The position numbers and the translations under genes are program-made. DNA of 64,000 nucleotides from Ruthenibacterium lactatiformans (GTDB lineage Bacteria; Actinomycetota; Coriobacteriia; Coriobacteriales; QAMH01): positions 18,055 through 82,054 of the forward strand of contig CAVECB010000002.1 in NCBI GenBank assembly GCA_963614215.1, read 5' to 3'. The notes beneath the pieces were generated by a model. It worked only from the letters and a program-made list of their open reading frames with translations. It was not told the origin of the DNA and searched no databases. Shown one piece after another: positions 36,101 to 44,832 of the stretch. How positions within the stretch are numbered: position 1 is the first letter of the stretch; every line of letters begins with the position of its first letter.

Positions 36101-38564
36101 TGGTCGAGCCGTTCACCAGCTTGAATTTCGCGCCGGCAAGCGCCGTGCCCGTATCGTCGGTCTTCGTAAACGAGAAGGGCACTTCCTTAGGCTTGTTGGC
36201 CAGCTTGTAGCCGGCCGCATAGCTGCCCGTGAAAGCCGTGGCGCCGCTTGCCGCCGCAACCGTGACCGTCTCGGACACCGCGTCCACCGTGACGGTCCAC
36301 GAGCCGCCCGCCGCGGTGTAGCCGGCCGGCGCCGAGTCCTCGGTCAAGGTGTAGGTGCCCGCGCCCAAGCTGCCCAGGTCCACCGTACCGGCCGAGGTGC
36401 TCGTGACGGTCTTTATCGTGGTCGAGCCCTGCTTCAACGTGAACTTCGCGCCCGAAAGCGCCGCGCCGTCGTCGTCGGTCTTTGTGAAGCTGAAGGGCAC
36501 GGTCTTGCCCGCGTTAGCCAGCTTGTAGCCGGCCGACTGGCTGCCCGTGAAGGCCGTAGCACCGCCTGCCGCCGCGACCGTGACGGTTGAGTTCACCGCG
36601 TTCACCGTGACGGTCCACGACCCGCCCGAGGCCACATAGCCCGCAGGCGCCGAGTCCTCGGTCAAGGTGTAGGTCCCCGCCCCCAGGCTGCCGAAGTCCA
36701 CGAGGCCGGCCGAGGTGCTCGTGACGGTCTTTATCGTGGTCGAGCCCTGCTTCAACGTGAACTTCGCGCCCGAAAGCGCCGCGCCGTCGCCGTCGGTCTT
36801 CGTAAAGCTGAAGGGCACGGTCTTGCCCGCGTTGGCCAGCTTGTAGCCGGCCGCGTAGCTGCCCGTAAAGGCCGTGGCACCGCCTACGGCCGCGATCGTG
36901 ACCGTCGAGTTCACCGCGTCCACCGTGACGGTCCACGACCCGCCCGAGGCCACGTAGCCCGCAGGCGCCTCACTTTCCGTCATAGTGTAGGTGCCGCTCG
37001 GCAATTCGCCGAAGTCCACAAGGCCAGACGAAGTGCTCGTGCACAGCTTCGATGCAGTGGTGTCCTGCGTCAACATCAACGTGAACTTCGCACCCGAAAG
37101 TGCCGTGCCCGACGCATCCGTCTTTGTGAACTTAAAGGGCACCGTGATGGGCTCATAGACGACGGCCACCGTGTGGTTCGCGCTGATGTTGGAAAAGGTC
37201 TGGCTACTGGGCTTCGAGCTTGTGACGTTCGCACCGTCCACTGTCACGGATTTCAGCTTGTAGCCAGCGCTCGGCGCGTAGCTGATGGTCTTGCTCGAGC
37301 CATATTCCGCCGTGCACGATGGGTCAATGGTGCCGTTTTTCACCGTCGTGGTGATCGTGTAGTTCTTCTTGGCCACGTAGACGTTGATGTAGTGGTTCGA
37401 GTTCGCGTACTGCCAAGTGGCCGAGTTCACGGCTTTCGCGTCGTTGGTCGTCTTGTCCGTGCGCGAGTACTTCAGCTCGTAGCCTGTGGGAATGGCCAGC
37501 GAAACGGTGGTCGCGCTCGTGTCGGAGCTGTACATGGTGACCGTCTTGGAGACGCGGCTACTGGTGAACTCGACAGGAGAACCCGAGGTGACGTCATAGA
37601 GATGCCCTTCCAGGGTGACGTTTTGATTGTAGGCGTTCAACCGGCTGCCACTCGTCTCTATGATCATGCCCTTCTTCACGGTGTATGTGAAGGTCGAGCC
37701 GTGGTGCAAAGTGAGCACGCCCAAGTTGCATTCCGGGCTGCCGGAGTTCGAGGCAGAAGTGAACGTTGTGCCAGAACGGGAGATGCCGCCGCCGTAGATG
37801 GCCTTGTCTACGCCGTTTGCGTTGATGGTGTATGTCTCGTTGGTTCCGGCAATCGTGCCGCGGGTGATGTTGAAGAAGTAGTTGTACCAGTACAGGTCGC
37901 TTACCGATGTCTTGAAGCTGGTGCCGCTGTAGTAGAAGTCGTATTTGAAGGTCGCGGTGCAGTAGCTGCAGTCAATCGCCGTGACGTATTTGTTGAAGTT
38001 TTTCTGTATGGCGATGTAGGCAGAACCCCAGATATCCGTCACATTGGTGATGGTGATCTTGAGGTCCACGCTTTTGCCCTTGAACCAGCCGACGTTTGTG
38101 ATGGTGACGTACTTGTTCTTGGCGGATTTGGCGCCGACGCGGTAGCCTTCGCAATGGCCTTGCACGCTGCCGATTAGGGCACTGTTGGAAGAGGTCCAGC
38201 CCGACGAAAACCCCATTTTGCTCGTGCCGCTGCCGTTCCATCTCGGGGAGAACTGATAGAGCTTGGGCACGGTGAATTTCGAATTGCCTTGGTCGTAGGT
38301 CGTGGCCTGCGCGCCCGGCATTTCCACGAAGAGCTGGGAGAGGCCAAAGAGGGCGGCCAGCACCGCAACAGTCGCGACGCCGCAGGCAAGTGCACGGCGC
38401 AAACCCCGCCTCTTGCCGCGTTTTTTGCCCGCGGCTCGCCGCGTCGGACGCGCGTCGACAGCATTGTTGAAAACAGCGGCAGGGCGCGTGGCGTCCGTGC
38501 TCGCGCACGTAGATTCCAGTCGTGCGGCGTCCGCGCGACGCGAGGATGCGGGAGACTTCAGCAA
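30174..38564 (-). CDS. Giant wall-anchored adhesin built of about 20 SpaA/CnaB-type (prealbumin-fold) domains plus two DUF11-like inserts
   Basis: The unit (V)PFSFTKTD..G.AL.GA.F.L ... G.Y.L.E..AP.GY is repeated throughout. The C-terminus has an MPLAG sorting motif, a hydrophobic helix and RRRNERS. There is no ATG near the 5' end. The probable start is the TTG at 38402 (signal peptide MRRALACGVATVAVLAALFG...AQA) or the TTG at 38564. Confidence 0.8.
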   Translation of the reverse strand: MLKSPASSRRADAARLESTCASTDATRPAAVFNNAVDARPTRRAAGKKRGKRRGLRRALACGVATVAVLAALFGLSQLFVEMPGAQATTYDQGNSKFTVPKLYQFSPRWNGSGTSKMGFSSGWTSSNSALIGSVQGHCEGYRVGAKSAKNKYVTITNVGWFKGKSVDLKITITNVTDIWGSAYIAIQKNFNKYVTAIDCSYCTATFKYDFYYSGTSFKTSVSDLYWYNYFFNITRGTIAGTNETYTINANGVDKAIYGGGISRSGTTFTSASNSGSPECNLGVLTLHHGSTFTYTVKKGMIIETSGSRLNAYNQNVTLEGHLYDVTSGSPVEFTSSRVSKTVTMYSSDTSATTVSLAIPTGYELKYSRTDKTTNDAKAVNSATWQYANSNHYINVYVAKKNYTITTTVKNGTIDPSCTAEYGSSKTISYAPSAGYKLKSVTVDGANVTSSKPSSQTFSNISANHTVAVVYEPITVPFKFTKTDASGTALSGAKFTLMLTQDTTASKLCTSTSSGLVDFGELPSGTYTMTESEAPAGYVASGGSWTVTVDAVNSTVTIAAVGGATAFTGSYAAGYKLANAGKTVPFSFTKTDGDGAALSGAKFTLKQGSTTIKTVTSTSAGLVDFGSLGAGTYTLTEDSAPAGYVASGGSWTVTVNAVNSTVTVAAAGGATAFTGSQSAGYKLANAGKTVPFSFTKTDDDGAALSGAKFTLKQGSTTIKTVTSTSAGTVDLGSLGAGTYTLTEDSAPAGYTAAGGSWTVTVDAVSETVTVAAASGATAFTGSYAAGYKLANKPKEVPFSFTKTDDTGTALAGAKFKLVNGSTTVGELESGTDGKVDFGSLRAGTYTLTETSAPTGYTAAGGSWTVTVNAVSETVTIAAQSGATAFTGSYADGYKLVNALSPLPFSFTKTDAETGDVLAGARFGLYSSTSMTASALVKSATSTDAGLVDFGTLDSGTYYLSETTAPDGYKKLSGYWRVDVNLSGSNTVALTSASGATAFTGSYADGYSLANERPGALFSFTKTNETGKALAGASFELRQDDTLLKTVESASDGTVSFGKLETGTYVLTETAAPSGYEKSDGSWTVVVDGDNTTVSIISNDGATDFTGSYADGYKLANKNDSTVLVTKTVSTSVSDVPPAGSVVSVGDRVYYAFTITNSSTADAEVSIRDYVPEYLYVGSVWYGPGNVAPDITGNTITWQSIKVPAGTTYTSKCTIQATVRDTAPSVIRNVALYEVDWDGTGDPAIETNEIVHYTRGVPFSFTKTDQSGTALAGATFELKQGDTVLQTVTSADGSGTTATGLVDFGSLGPGTYTLTETFAPTGYEKSGGSWTVVVDGDNTTVSIASNDGATDFTGSYADGYSLANKAIPIISVTKTAFSPDFGASVSPGDMLIYTFEIKNNGAAAASLTLRDYVPEGTVFLGAMMPPDGSDKAPDWDEDENFVTWDSFNVPVNPGYGGVCALHVKVLDDAPSVIRNVGLYEVDWDGTGDPANETNEIIHYVPRVPFSFTKTDSGTGTALSGASFELVNQKTKTTVGTVTSGDDGKVDFGEVASGTYTLTETAAPKGYDMTQHTWTVVVDAENDTVSITANDGAPEFTGTYADGDLKVANEPLKGTFKFTKTNVSGAALKGAGFTLKQNGTEVATATSGSDGVVSFSGLVPGTYDLYEDSLPYYHSHSHAVWSDSEYFHWAVTLALSDDAKSVDVTSITSVMPDGSYEQPTDFEGSTANGWTLKNYEPLPFSFKKVDEDGNPLQHTDFVIEYGSESWISTSTDENGIFELGGFLHSGTYKLFENIATDGYEMWTGRWNMDVDMDARTISISIDSDYGGTAIDFEGDYQTGFTLVNKKPSIPFTFTKVDENDNPLEGAEFLVEYLDVEGQTEGSDFSWGVSDANGLVEFDRGFSQPGTYVLSEQVAPERYDRPSSTWKITVAQDSTTKALSISSVEPMGDDAPLFAGNYEDGYTLTNARASRMPFAFTKTGAGGNELQGATFELRRDGQVYATVTSDEEGWVDFGKLDAGDWTLVETSSPAGYADPAGSWTVSVDVENWKLAVTANDGATAFGGTFEDGLTLENEKEPVAFTFGKADSKTGTLLSGATFTLTPASGTALSAESGVDGTVSFTNLADGTYTLSETAAPDGYDTLTGTWTVAVDSAAEPPVTVTPVGDTRAFTGTYDDGFTLTNDALALPFSFIKTDSKTGAALSGATFTLDRGDGTVLTATSDASGKVDFGLLDKEGYYTLAETAAPSGYERVLGTWNVYADIANRTVEVYATEGTTTYAPAPGGSYADGYTIADAPDEGTVAFSFKKSDQASDDGLDLENAAFSMYTCVDGHTELSEHTGTAGSTTSCWKLWKSVGGTGHTGSTYDFGKLTPGKSYMLVEDRAAGGYHDADGDWQALDYELPSGQWLVTVPATATSQTDLVVEPCEDGQASADWNFGNAQAFSGGANSRWVINEAAATEPLSFTKKSSDLKTALPGFTFALYECTNPQHSGKDSHSAVAGGSDSCWGSYDADGLATSDPLKTVVSGADGTVDFGELPRGYYMLVETAVPSSYTAPSGREWEFEVPTGQLLIDFDTFFGQDAGDGSGAFFIPQEQREGTGLAIETGGADAAKNVGCAVVNTPTNLTDEDKTTDFTFTKIGDGDAALAGATFELYKCGNSAHTSAADHSELATNDTDCCWKVDAAYATATSGDDGVVSFTGLYSGQYMMVETASPEGYRRPYGQWMLDVDAVGGAVSVTARGEMLPPAFKVGADGAYSLPNYRNWTMPLAGAGGAVVLTAGGAALVTAAVVAMLFSRRRNERS
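36150..37130 (-). repeat. Near-identical 318-bp tandem repeats inside the adhesin gene
   Basis: ggtctttatcgtggtcgagccctgcttcaacgtgaacttcgcgcccgaaagcgccgcgcc occurs at 36408 and again at 36726 (106-aa period). The neighbouring units are closely related. Confidence 0.8.
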
Positions 38565-38790
38565 TGAAAGCCCCCCCCTTCAGATGCGCGGCCGGCACCC
38601 TTTGCGTCGCGGCCGATGCGCCTCCTCGGCGTCTTCTCGCCCCTCATATCCACAGCTCCTCCTGCGCATTTCCCCATTTACATACATATGCGCAGGATAA
38701 TAGCACGCAATTTCACACGCCGAACGCGGCACTCGCCCATTTTGAACGCAGGTCACGCCTATTCGACGGTTTGGACGATATGCGCTTGGG

Positions 38791-39645
38791 TTAGGCCAGG
38801 GTGTCGCCTAGAGCCTCGCGCAGAGCGGGGGCAAAGCGCGTATCTTTCAGCGCCATCTGCACGTTGGCGGCAATCCAGCTGGCGATGGTGCCCGTGTCGT
38901 AGCCCTGGCCGGGCTCGATCACGTAGGCATAGAGCTCCTCGCGGTCCAGCAAATCGACGAGCGCATCAGTCAGCTGAATCTCGCCGCCCGCGCCCGGCTT
39001 CGTCGCGGCCAAAAGCTCCATGACCGCAGGCGAGAGCAGGTAGCGCCCGAAAATGGACAGGTTGCTGGGCGCGTCTTGCAGCGCGGGCTTTTCAATCATC
39101 TTGTTCACCCGCACGACGCCGCCGTCCAGCTCCTCGCCGCCGACAATGCCAAAGCGGCTGACCTCGGAATCGGGCACAGGCAGCACGGCGATCACGCTCG
39201 CACCGCCGTGCGCGGCCGAAATCTCGGCCATCTTGGAGCAGACGTCGTTGCCGGGCACGAGCACATCGCCCAGCATGACGAGAAACATGTCGTCGCCCAC
39301 GGCCTCTGCCGCGCAGTGCACGGCATGACCCAGGCCCAGCGGCTCATCTTGGACGGCAAAGCTCACCGGCAGGCTGCCCGCATGCGCGACGGCCTCGGCG
39401 AAAGAATCCTTGCCCGCCGCCTTCATCTGCTCGACGAGCTTGGGGTTTTCGGTGAACTGCTCGGCAATGGAGGGCTTGCCCTCGCTCGTGACGATAACCA
39501 CCTCGTCGGCGCCGGCCGCAAGCGCCTCCTCGACGATGTATTGGATGGTCGGCTTGTCCACTACGGGCAGCATCTCCTTGGGCTGCGCCTTCGTCGCGGG
39601 CAGAAAACGGCTGCCCAGTCCTGCCGCGGGTATGACTGCTTTCAT
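38791..39645 (-). CDS. galU: UTP--glucose-1-phosphate uridylyltransferase
   Basis: MKAVIPAAGLGSRFLPATKAQPKEMLPVVDKP. Confidence 0.9.
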   Translation of the reverse strand: MKAVIPAAGLGSRFLPATKAQPKEMLPVVDKPTIQYIVEEALAAGADEVVIVTSEGKPSIAEQFTENPKLVEQMKAAGKDSFAEAVAHAGSLPVSFAVQDEPLGLGHAVHCAAEAVGDDMFLVMLGDVLVPGNDVCSKMAEISAAHGGASVIAVLPVPDSEVSRFGIVGGEELDGGVVRVNKMIEKPALQDAPSNLSIFGRYLLSPAVMELLAATKPGAGGEIQLTDALVDLLDREELYAYVIEPGQGYDTGTIASWIAANVQMALKDTRFAPALREALGDTLA

Positions 39646-39777
39646 CTTCGTCCTCCTGGTTGCGTCTCGTGTGCGCCCGATAGGCGCCGGATGCCTTCGG
39701 GCTTTCGTGTGCTTCAGGCGGCGCGGCTCTTCACCCTTCGCGCCGCCTGCGTCTGTGCCCGTGCCTGCGCCCCTACG

Positions 39778-40890
39778 CTAGATGCGCTCGGCGATTTTCG
39801 TGCCCATATCGCTCGTAGACAGCACGTGGTCGGCAGGCGTCGTGTCCTGCGCGACGTCGTAGGTGCACCAACCGTCGGCCAGCGCCTCGCGCACGGCACG
39901 GTCGATGTCGGCGGCGGCCTCGTCCATGTCGAAGCTGTACTTCAACATCATGGCGGCCGACTGAATCTGGCTGATGGGGTTCACGTCGTTTTTGCCCGCA
40001 TGCTTGGGCGCCGAGCCGTGGCTGGGCTCGTACAGCGAGGTGGAATCGCCCAGCGACGCGCTGGCCAGCAAGCCCAGCGAGCCACACAGCATCGAGGCTT
40101 CGTCGGAAAGTATGTCGCCGAAGGTGTTTTCCGTGACGATAACGTCGAATTGGTCGGGGTGGTTGATGATCTGCATGGCCGTGTTGTCCACGAGCATGTC
40201 GGAAAACTCCACGTCCGGATAGTCGGCGGCCACCTCGTGGGCAATCTTGCGCCACAGGCGGCTCGTATCGAGCACGTTGGCCTTGTCCACGCTGGTCAGC
40301 TTGCCACGGCGCTTGCGCGCAGCCTCGAAGCCGCGGCGGATAATGCGCTCTATTTCGTAGGCGTCGTATTGCATGACGTCGTAGGCGTGCGTGCCCGGCG
40401 CGCCCGCACCGCCCGCGCCCGCGACGCCTTCTTGCGTGACGTGGTCGCCGAAATACAGCCCGCCCGTCAGCTCGCGCACGATGAGTAGGTCCACGCCTTT
40501 CACCTTCTCGGTTTTAAGCGGCGAGTTTGCAGCGATGGAGTCGTAGATCTGGACGGGGCGCAGGTTCGCGTACAGCCCCAGCTCCTTGCGAATCTTCAGC
40601 AGGCCGTGCTCGGGGCGCGGCGCACCTGGCTCGGTCGTGTCCCATTTCGGGCCGCCCACAGCGCCCAGCAGCACCGCGTCGGATTCGCGTGCCAACTCAA
40701 GCGTCTCGTCCGGTAGCGCCTGACCGGTTTCGTCGATGGCCGCCCCGCCGATCAGCGCGTCCGTGCACTCGAAGGCCACGTCGTATTTTTTCTCGACGGC
40801 GCGCAAGACCTTGATGGCCTCCGCCACAATCTCTGGCCCTATGCCGTCGCCCGCCGTCACGCACACCTTATAGCTCTTGCCCATGTTCAA
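39778..40890 (-). CDS. leuB: 3-isopropylmalate dehydrogenase
   Basis: GDGIGPEI, ELTGGLYFG and DKANVL motifs; 370 aa. Confidence 0.9.
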   Translation of the reverse strand: MNMGKSYKVCVTAGDGIGPEIVAEAIKVLRAVEKKYDVAFECTDALIGGAAIDETGQALPDETLELARESDAVLLGAVGGPKWDTTEPGAPRPEHGLLKIRKELGLYANLRPVQIYDSIAANSPLKTEKVKGVDLLIVRELTGGLYFGDHVTQEGVAGAGGAGAPGTHAYDVMQYDAYEIERIIRRGFEAARKRRGKLTSVDKANVLDTSRLWRKIAHEVAADYPDVEFSDMLVDNTAMQIINHPDQFDVIVTENTFGDILSDEASMLCGSLGLLASASLGDSTSLYEPSHGSAPKHAGKNDVNPISQIQSAAMMLKYSFDMDEAAADIDRAVREALADGWCTYDVAQDTTPADHVLSTSDMGTKIAERI

Positions 40891-41024
40891 CTCCTCGTTT
40901 GCCGAACGTTTCCAAACCCCGGCCTATCCGCCGAAGGATTCGCCTTGCCTCAAACGCGCGCGCCTTTTCACCGCACGCGCCACGCTGCGCCGTATCGCGC
41001 CTACGCCCCTTGCCCAGCCCTGCG

Positions 41025-41519
41025 CTACTTGCCCATCTTCGCCTTCGTGCGCGCGACCAGGCCGCCCGCCTCGATGATCTCGCGGATGAACGGCGGAAAC
41101 GGCTGCGCGGTCCAGCTCTGGCCCGTCGTCTCGTTCACGATCGTGCCTGCCTCCGCGTCCACCGAGACCACATCGCCGTCCGATATGCCGTCCACCGCCT
41201 CGGGACACTCCATGATGGCCAGCCCCGTGTTGATAGAGTTGCGGTAGAAGATGCGCGCGAAGCTCTTGGCCACAACGCAATCCACGCCCGCTGCCTTGAT
41301 GCACACGGGCGCGTGCTCGCGCGACGACCCGCAGCCGAAGTTCTCCTCGGCCACGATGATGTCGCCCGGGTGCACCCGCTCGACAAAGGTCGGGTCGAGG
41401 TCTTGCATGCAGTGTTTGGCCAGCTCGGCCGGATCGGACGTGTTCAGGTAGCGAGCCGCGATGATGCAGTCCGTGTCCACGTCGCGCCCGTATTTGATGG
41501 CGCCTCCTGAAAACTTCAT
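41025..41519 (-). CDS. leuD: 3-isopropylmalate dehydratase small subunit
   Basis: 164 aa with the [11 protein letters not shown] motif. Confidence 0.85.
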   Translation of the reverse strand: MKFSGGAIKYGRDVDTDCIIAARYLNTSDPAELAKHCMQDLDPTFVERVHPGDIIVAEENFGCGSSREHAPVCIKAAGVDCVVAKSFARIFYRNSINTGLAIMECPEAVDGISDGDVVSVDAEAGTIVNETTGQSWTAQPFPPFIREIIEAGGLVARTKAKMGK

Positions 41520-41522
41520 CGC

Positions 41523-42797
41523 CTAGGCCTCCTGTTCCAGCTGCTCGGGGGTGCATATATAGCCCGCGACGGCCGAGGCAGCGGCCACGGCCGGATTCGA
41601 GAGCACGACCTCGGACGTGGGGTCGCCCATGCGCCCGATGAAGTTGCGGTTGCTCGTGGAGATCGAGCGCTCGTGCGCGGCCAGCACACCCATATAGCCG
41701 CCCAAACACGGGCCGCAAGTGGGCGTGGAGATGGCGCAGTTCGCGTCGAGGAAGATATCCATCAGGCCCTCGTCCATGCACTGGCGCCACACGGCCTGCG
41801 TGGCCGGGATGACGATGCAGCGCACGTCCGGGTCCACCTTGCGGCCGCGCAGCACCTCGGCCGCCTGGCGCATGTCCTCGATGCGCCCGTTCGTGCAGCT
41901 GCCAATCACAGACTGGTCGATGTCGATGTCGTTGCACTCGGCCGCCGGGCGCGTGTTGGAGGGCAGGTGCGGCAGCGAGACCGTCTGGGGGATGTCGGCT
42001 GCGTCGATGTGGATGACGCGCTCGTAGACGGCGTCTTCGTCGGCGTGGTATTCAACGTAAGGCCGCTCGCAGCGCGGATCCACGTAGGCGCGCGTGATGT
42101 CGTCCACCTCGAAGATGCCCGCCTTGCCGCCGGCCTCGATGGCCATGTTCGATATGGTCAGGCGGCTTTCCATGGACAGCTGCGCGATGGCCGTGCCACT
42201 AAATTCCATGGCGCGGTAGAGGGCGCCGTCCACGCCGATCTGGCCGATGATGTGCAAGATGACGTCCTTGCCCACGACGCCCGGCGCAAACTGCCCGTCG
42301 ATGACGAACTTGATGGTGGGCGGCACTTTGAACCAGGCGCGCCCCGTGGCAAAGCCCACGCCCACGTCCGTCGAGCCCATGCCGGTGGACAAGGCCCCGA
42401 GCGCGCCGTAGGTGCAGGTGTGCGAGTCGGCGCCGATGGTGAGGTCGCCCGGCACGACGACGCCTTGCTCGGGCAAGAGCGCGTGCTCGACGCCCATGAC
42501 GCCCACCTCGTAGTAGTGCGTCAGCTTTTGCTCGCGGGCAAACTCGCGGGTCTTTTTGGCCTGCTCGGCCGACTTGATGTCTTTGTTGGGCGTGTAATGG
42601 TCGGGCACGAGCACTACTTTTTCCGGATCGAACACCGTGTCCGAAATCTGGCGGCACACGTCGATGGCGATGGGTGCCGTGATGTCGTTGGCGTGCACGA
42701 TGTCGAGGTCGCACTCGACCAGCTGGCCGGGCTCGACCTCGTCGAGGTGCGCGTGCGCGGCAAGGATCTTCTCCGCGACGGTCATGGGACGTGTCAT
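41523..42797 (-). CDS. leuC: 3-isopropylmalate dehydratase large subunit (short, archaeal-type)
   Basis: 424 aa with aconitase-family cluster ligand motifs GSCTNGR and CGPCLG. Confidence 0.85.
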   Translation of the reverse strand: MTRPMTVAEKILAAHAHLDEVEPGQLVECDLDIVHANDITAPIAIDVCRQISDTVFDPEKVVLVPDHYTPNKDIKSAEQAKKTREFAREQKLTHYYEVGVMGVEHALLPEQGVVVPGDLTIGADSHTCTYGALGALSTGMGSTDVGVGFATGRAWFKVPPTIKFVIDGQFAPGVVGKDVILHIIGQIGVDGALYRAMEFSGTAIAQLSMESRLTISNMAIEAGGKAGIFEVDDITRAYVDPRCERPYVEYHADEDAVYERVIHIDAADIPQTVSLPHLPSNTRPAAECNDIDIDQSVIGSCTNGRIEDMRQAAEVLRGRKVDPDVRCIVIPATQAVWRQCMDEGLMDIFLDANCAISTPTCGPCLGGYMGVLAAHERSISTSNRNFIGRMGDPTSEVVLSNPAVAAASAVAGYICTPEQLEQEA

Positions 42798-42830
42798 GTT
42801 CTACACCTGCACTTTCTGCAATGTCATAGC

Positions 42831-44759
42831 CTACACCTGCGCCTTTCGCAATATGTCGGCAAAAGCCTCGACGGACATGGCGCCCAAGTCGCCCTCGTGG
42901 CGCTCGCGCACGGCCACCTCGCCGGCCTCCACCTCCTTGTCGCCCAAGACGAGCATGTAAGGAATCTTTTGCTGCTGGGCCTTGGCAATCTTTACCCGCA
43001 TGGGCTCGTTTTGGCCGTAAATCTCGACACGGCCGCCCGCCTCGCGCAAACGCGCCTGCAGCTCGCGCGCCGGCTGCTCGTGTCTATCGGCGATGGGGAT
43101 GATGGCGGCCTGTACGGGGGCAAGCCACAGCGGCAAATTGCCCGTCGTGTGCTCGATAAGGATGCCGAGGAAGCGCTCGATGGAGCCGAAGAGCGCGCGA
43201 TGCAGCATCCACGGACGCTCGGAGCTGTTCTCCGCTGTGCGGTAGACAATGTCGAAGCGCTCGGGCAGGTTGAAGTCCACCTGCACGGTCGAGCATTGCC
43301 ACCAGCGGCCGATGGCGTCTTTGACCTTGATGTCGATTTTCGGCCCGTAAAAGGCGCCGTCGCCTTCGTTGATCTCGTAGGGGATGCCGCGCCGCTCGAT
43401 GGCCTGGCGCAAAAAGCTCTCGGCCTTCTCCCACATATCGTCGGTGCCGATGGACTTCTCTGGGCGCGTCGATATCTCGGCGGCGTACTCGAAGCCGAAC
43501 TCGCCCATGATGTGGTCGGCCAGATCGAGGATGGCGCACACCTCGTCGACCACCTGGTCTTCACGGCAAAACACATGCGCGTCGTCTTGGGTGAACCCGC
43601 GCGCGCGCATCAGGCCGTGCACCGCGCCGGACAGCTCGTGGCGATACACCGTGCCGAACTCGAAGTAGCGTATGGGCATCTCGCGGTAGCTGTGGATGTC
43701 GTTTTTGTACAAGATGACGTGCCCGGGGCAGTTCATAGGCTTGACCCCGTACTCGGTGGCAGTCGGGTTGTCCTCGGAACCCTCGTTGATGTTGAAGAAG
43801 TACATGTTGTCGCGGTAGTAGCCGTAGTGACCAGAGGTCTTCCACACGTCGGCCTTGTAGATGTGCGGGGTGATGACCTCCTCGTAGCCGCGGCGGTACA
43901 GCTCGCGGCGCAGCCACTCCTGCAGCAGGCGGATGACGCGCGCGCCAGCCGGCAGATACAACGGCAGGCCAACGCCGGCCCGATCGTCCATCATGTAAAT
44001 GCCCAGCTCGCGGCCGAGCTTGCGGTGGTCGCGTTTTTCGGCCTCCTCCAGACGCGTGAGGTAGGCCTTCAGGTCCTTCTTGGAAAACCACGCGGTGCCG
44101 TAGATGCGCTGGAGCATCTCGCGCTCGCTGTCGCCGCGCCAGTAGGCGCCCGCCACCTTCATCAGCTTGAAGGCCTTGGCATCAATCATGCCCGCGCGCG
44201 CAACGTGCGGACCGGAGCACAGGTCCACGAAGTCGCCATGGCGATAGACGGTGATGGCGGTGTCGTCGTCGAAGTCGTCGATGTGCTCGAGCTTGAAGCG
44301 CTGGTCCTTGAAAATCTCCTTGGCCTGCGCGCGCGTGACGACCTCGCGCACGAACGGCTCGTCTTTGGCGACGATCTCGCGCATCTTGGCCTCGATGGCC
44401 TCGAAGTCGTCTTGGTTCACGGGGCGCGACAGCTCGAAATCGTAGAAGAAGCCGTCGTCGGTCTGCGGGCCGAAGGCAATTTGCGCGCCCGAAAAGAGGC
44501 TTTGCACGGCCTCGGCCATGATATGCGCGCAGCTGTGGCGCATGATACCTAGGCCTTCAGGCGAGCGGCTCGTGATGATCTCGATGGCGTCGCCGTCTTC
44601 GAGCGTGGCCGCAAGGTCGGCAAACTCGCCGTTTACCTTGCCCGCGAGAGCCGCTTTGGCAAGGCCTGCCCCGATAGAGGCGGCGGCATCTGCTAGCGTC
44701 GCGCCCTGTTCCAGCTCGCGCTTGGACCCGTCCGGCAGTACAACTTCGATGGTGCTCAT
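42831..44759 (-). CDS. thrS: Threonine--tRNA ligase
   Basis: 642 aa. N-terminal TGS domain, editing-domain HSCAH, and class II core (FRLEHI..., HRALFGSIERF). Confidence 0.9.
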   Translation of the reverse strand: MSTIEVVLPDGSKRELEQGATLADAAASIGAGLAKAALAGKVNGEFADLAATLEDGDAIEIITSRSPEGLGIMRHSCAHIMAEAVQSLFSGAQIAFGPQTDDGFFYDFELSRPVNQDDFEAIEAKMREIVAKDEPFVREVVTRAQAKEIFKDQRFKLEHIDDFDDDTAITVYRHGDFVDLCSGPHVARAGMIDAKAFKLMKVAGAYWRGDSEREMLQRIYGTAWFSKKDLKAYLTRLEEAEKRDHRKLGRELGIYMMDDRAGVGLPLYLPAGARVIRLLQEWLRRELYRRGYEEVITPHIYKADVWKTSGHYGYYRDNMYFFNINEGSEDNPTATEYGVKPMNCPGHVILYKNDIHSYREMPIRYFEFGTVYRHELSGAVHGLMRARGFTQDDAHVFCREDQVVDEVCAILDLADHIMGEFGFEYAAEISTRPEKSIGTDDMWEKAESFLRQAIERRGIPYEINEGDGAFYGPKIDIKVKDAIGRWWQCSTVQVDFNLPERFDIVYRTAENSSERPWMLHRALFGSIERFLGILIEHTTGNLPLWLAPVQAAIIPIADRHEQPARELQARLREAGGRVEIYGQNEPMRVKIAKAQQQKIPYMLVLGDKEVEAGEVAVRERHEGDLGAMSVEAFADILRKAQV

Positions 44760-44780
44760 AGTGCTTCCTTTCCGCCCTGC

Positions 44781-44832
44781 CTCGGCTACAAACCGAGTGG
44801 GACTTTTCCTAGCGGCTCGGCCACAAACCGAG
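44781..44832 (-). promoter_or_regulatory. Two anticodon-arm-like hairpins in the thrS 5' leader
   Basis: On the minus strand: CUCGG-UUUGUGG-CCGAG (44832-44816) and CUCGG-UUUGUAG-CCGAG (44797-44781). Each has a 5-bp stem and a 7-nt loop with UGU at loop positions 3-5. The proximal hairpin ends 21 nt before the AUG, next to the SD. Confidence 0.55.
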
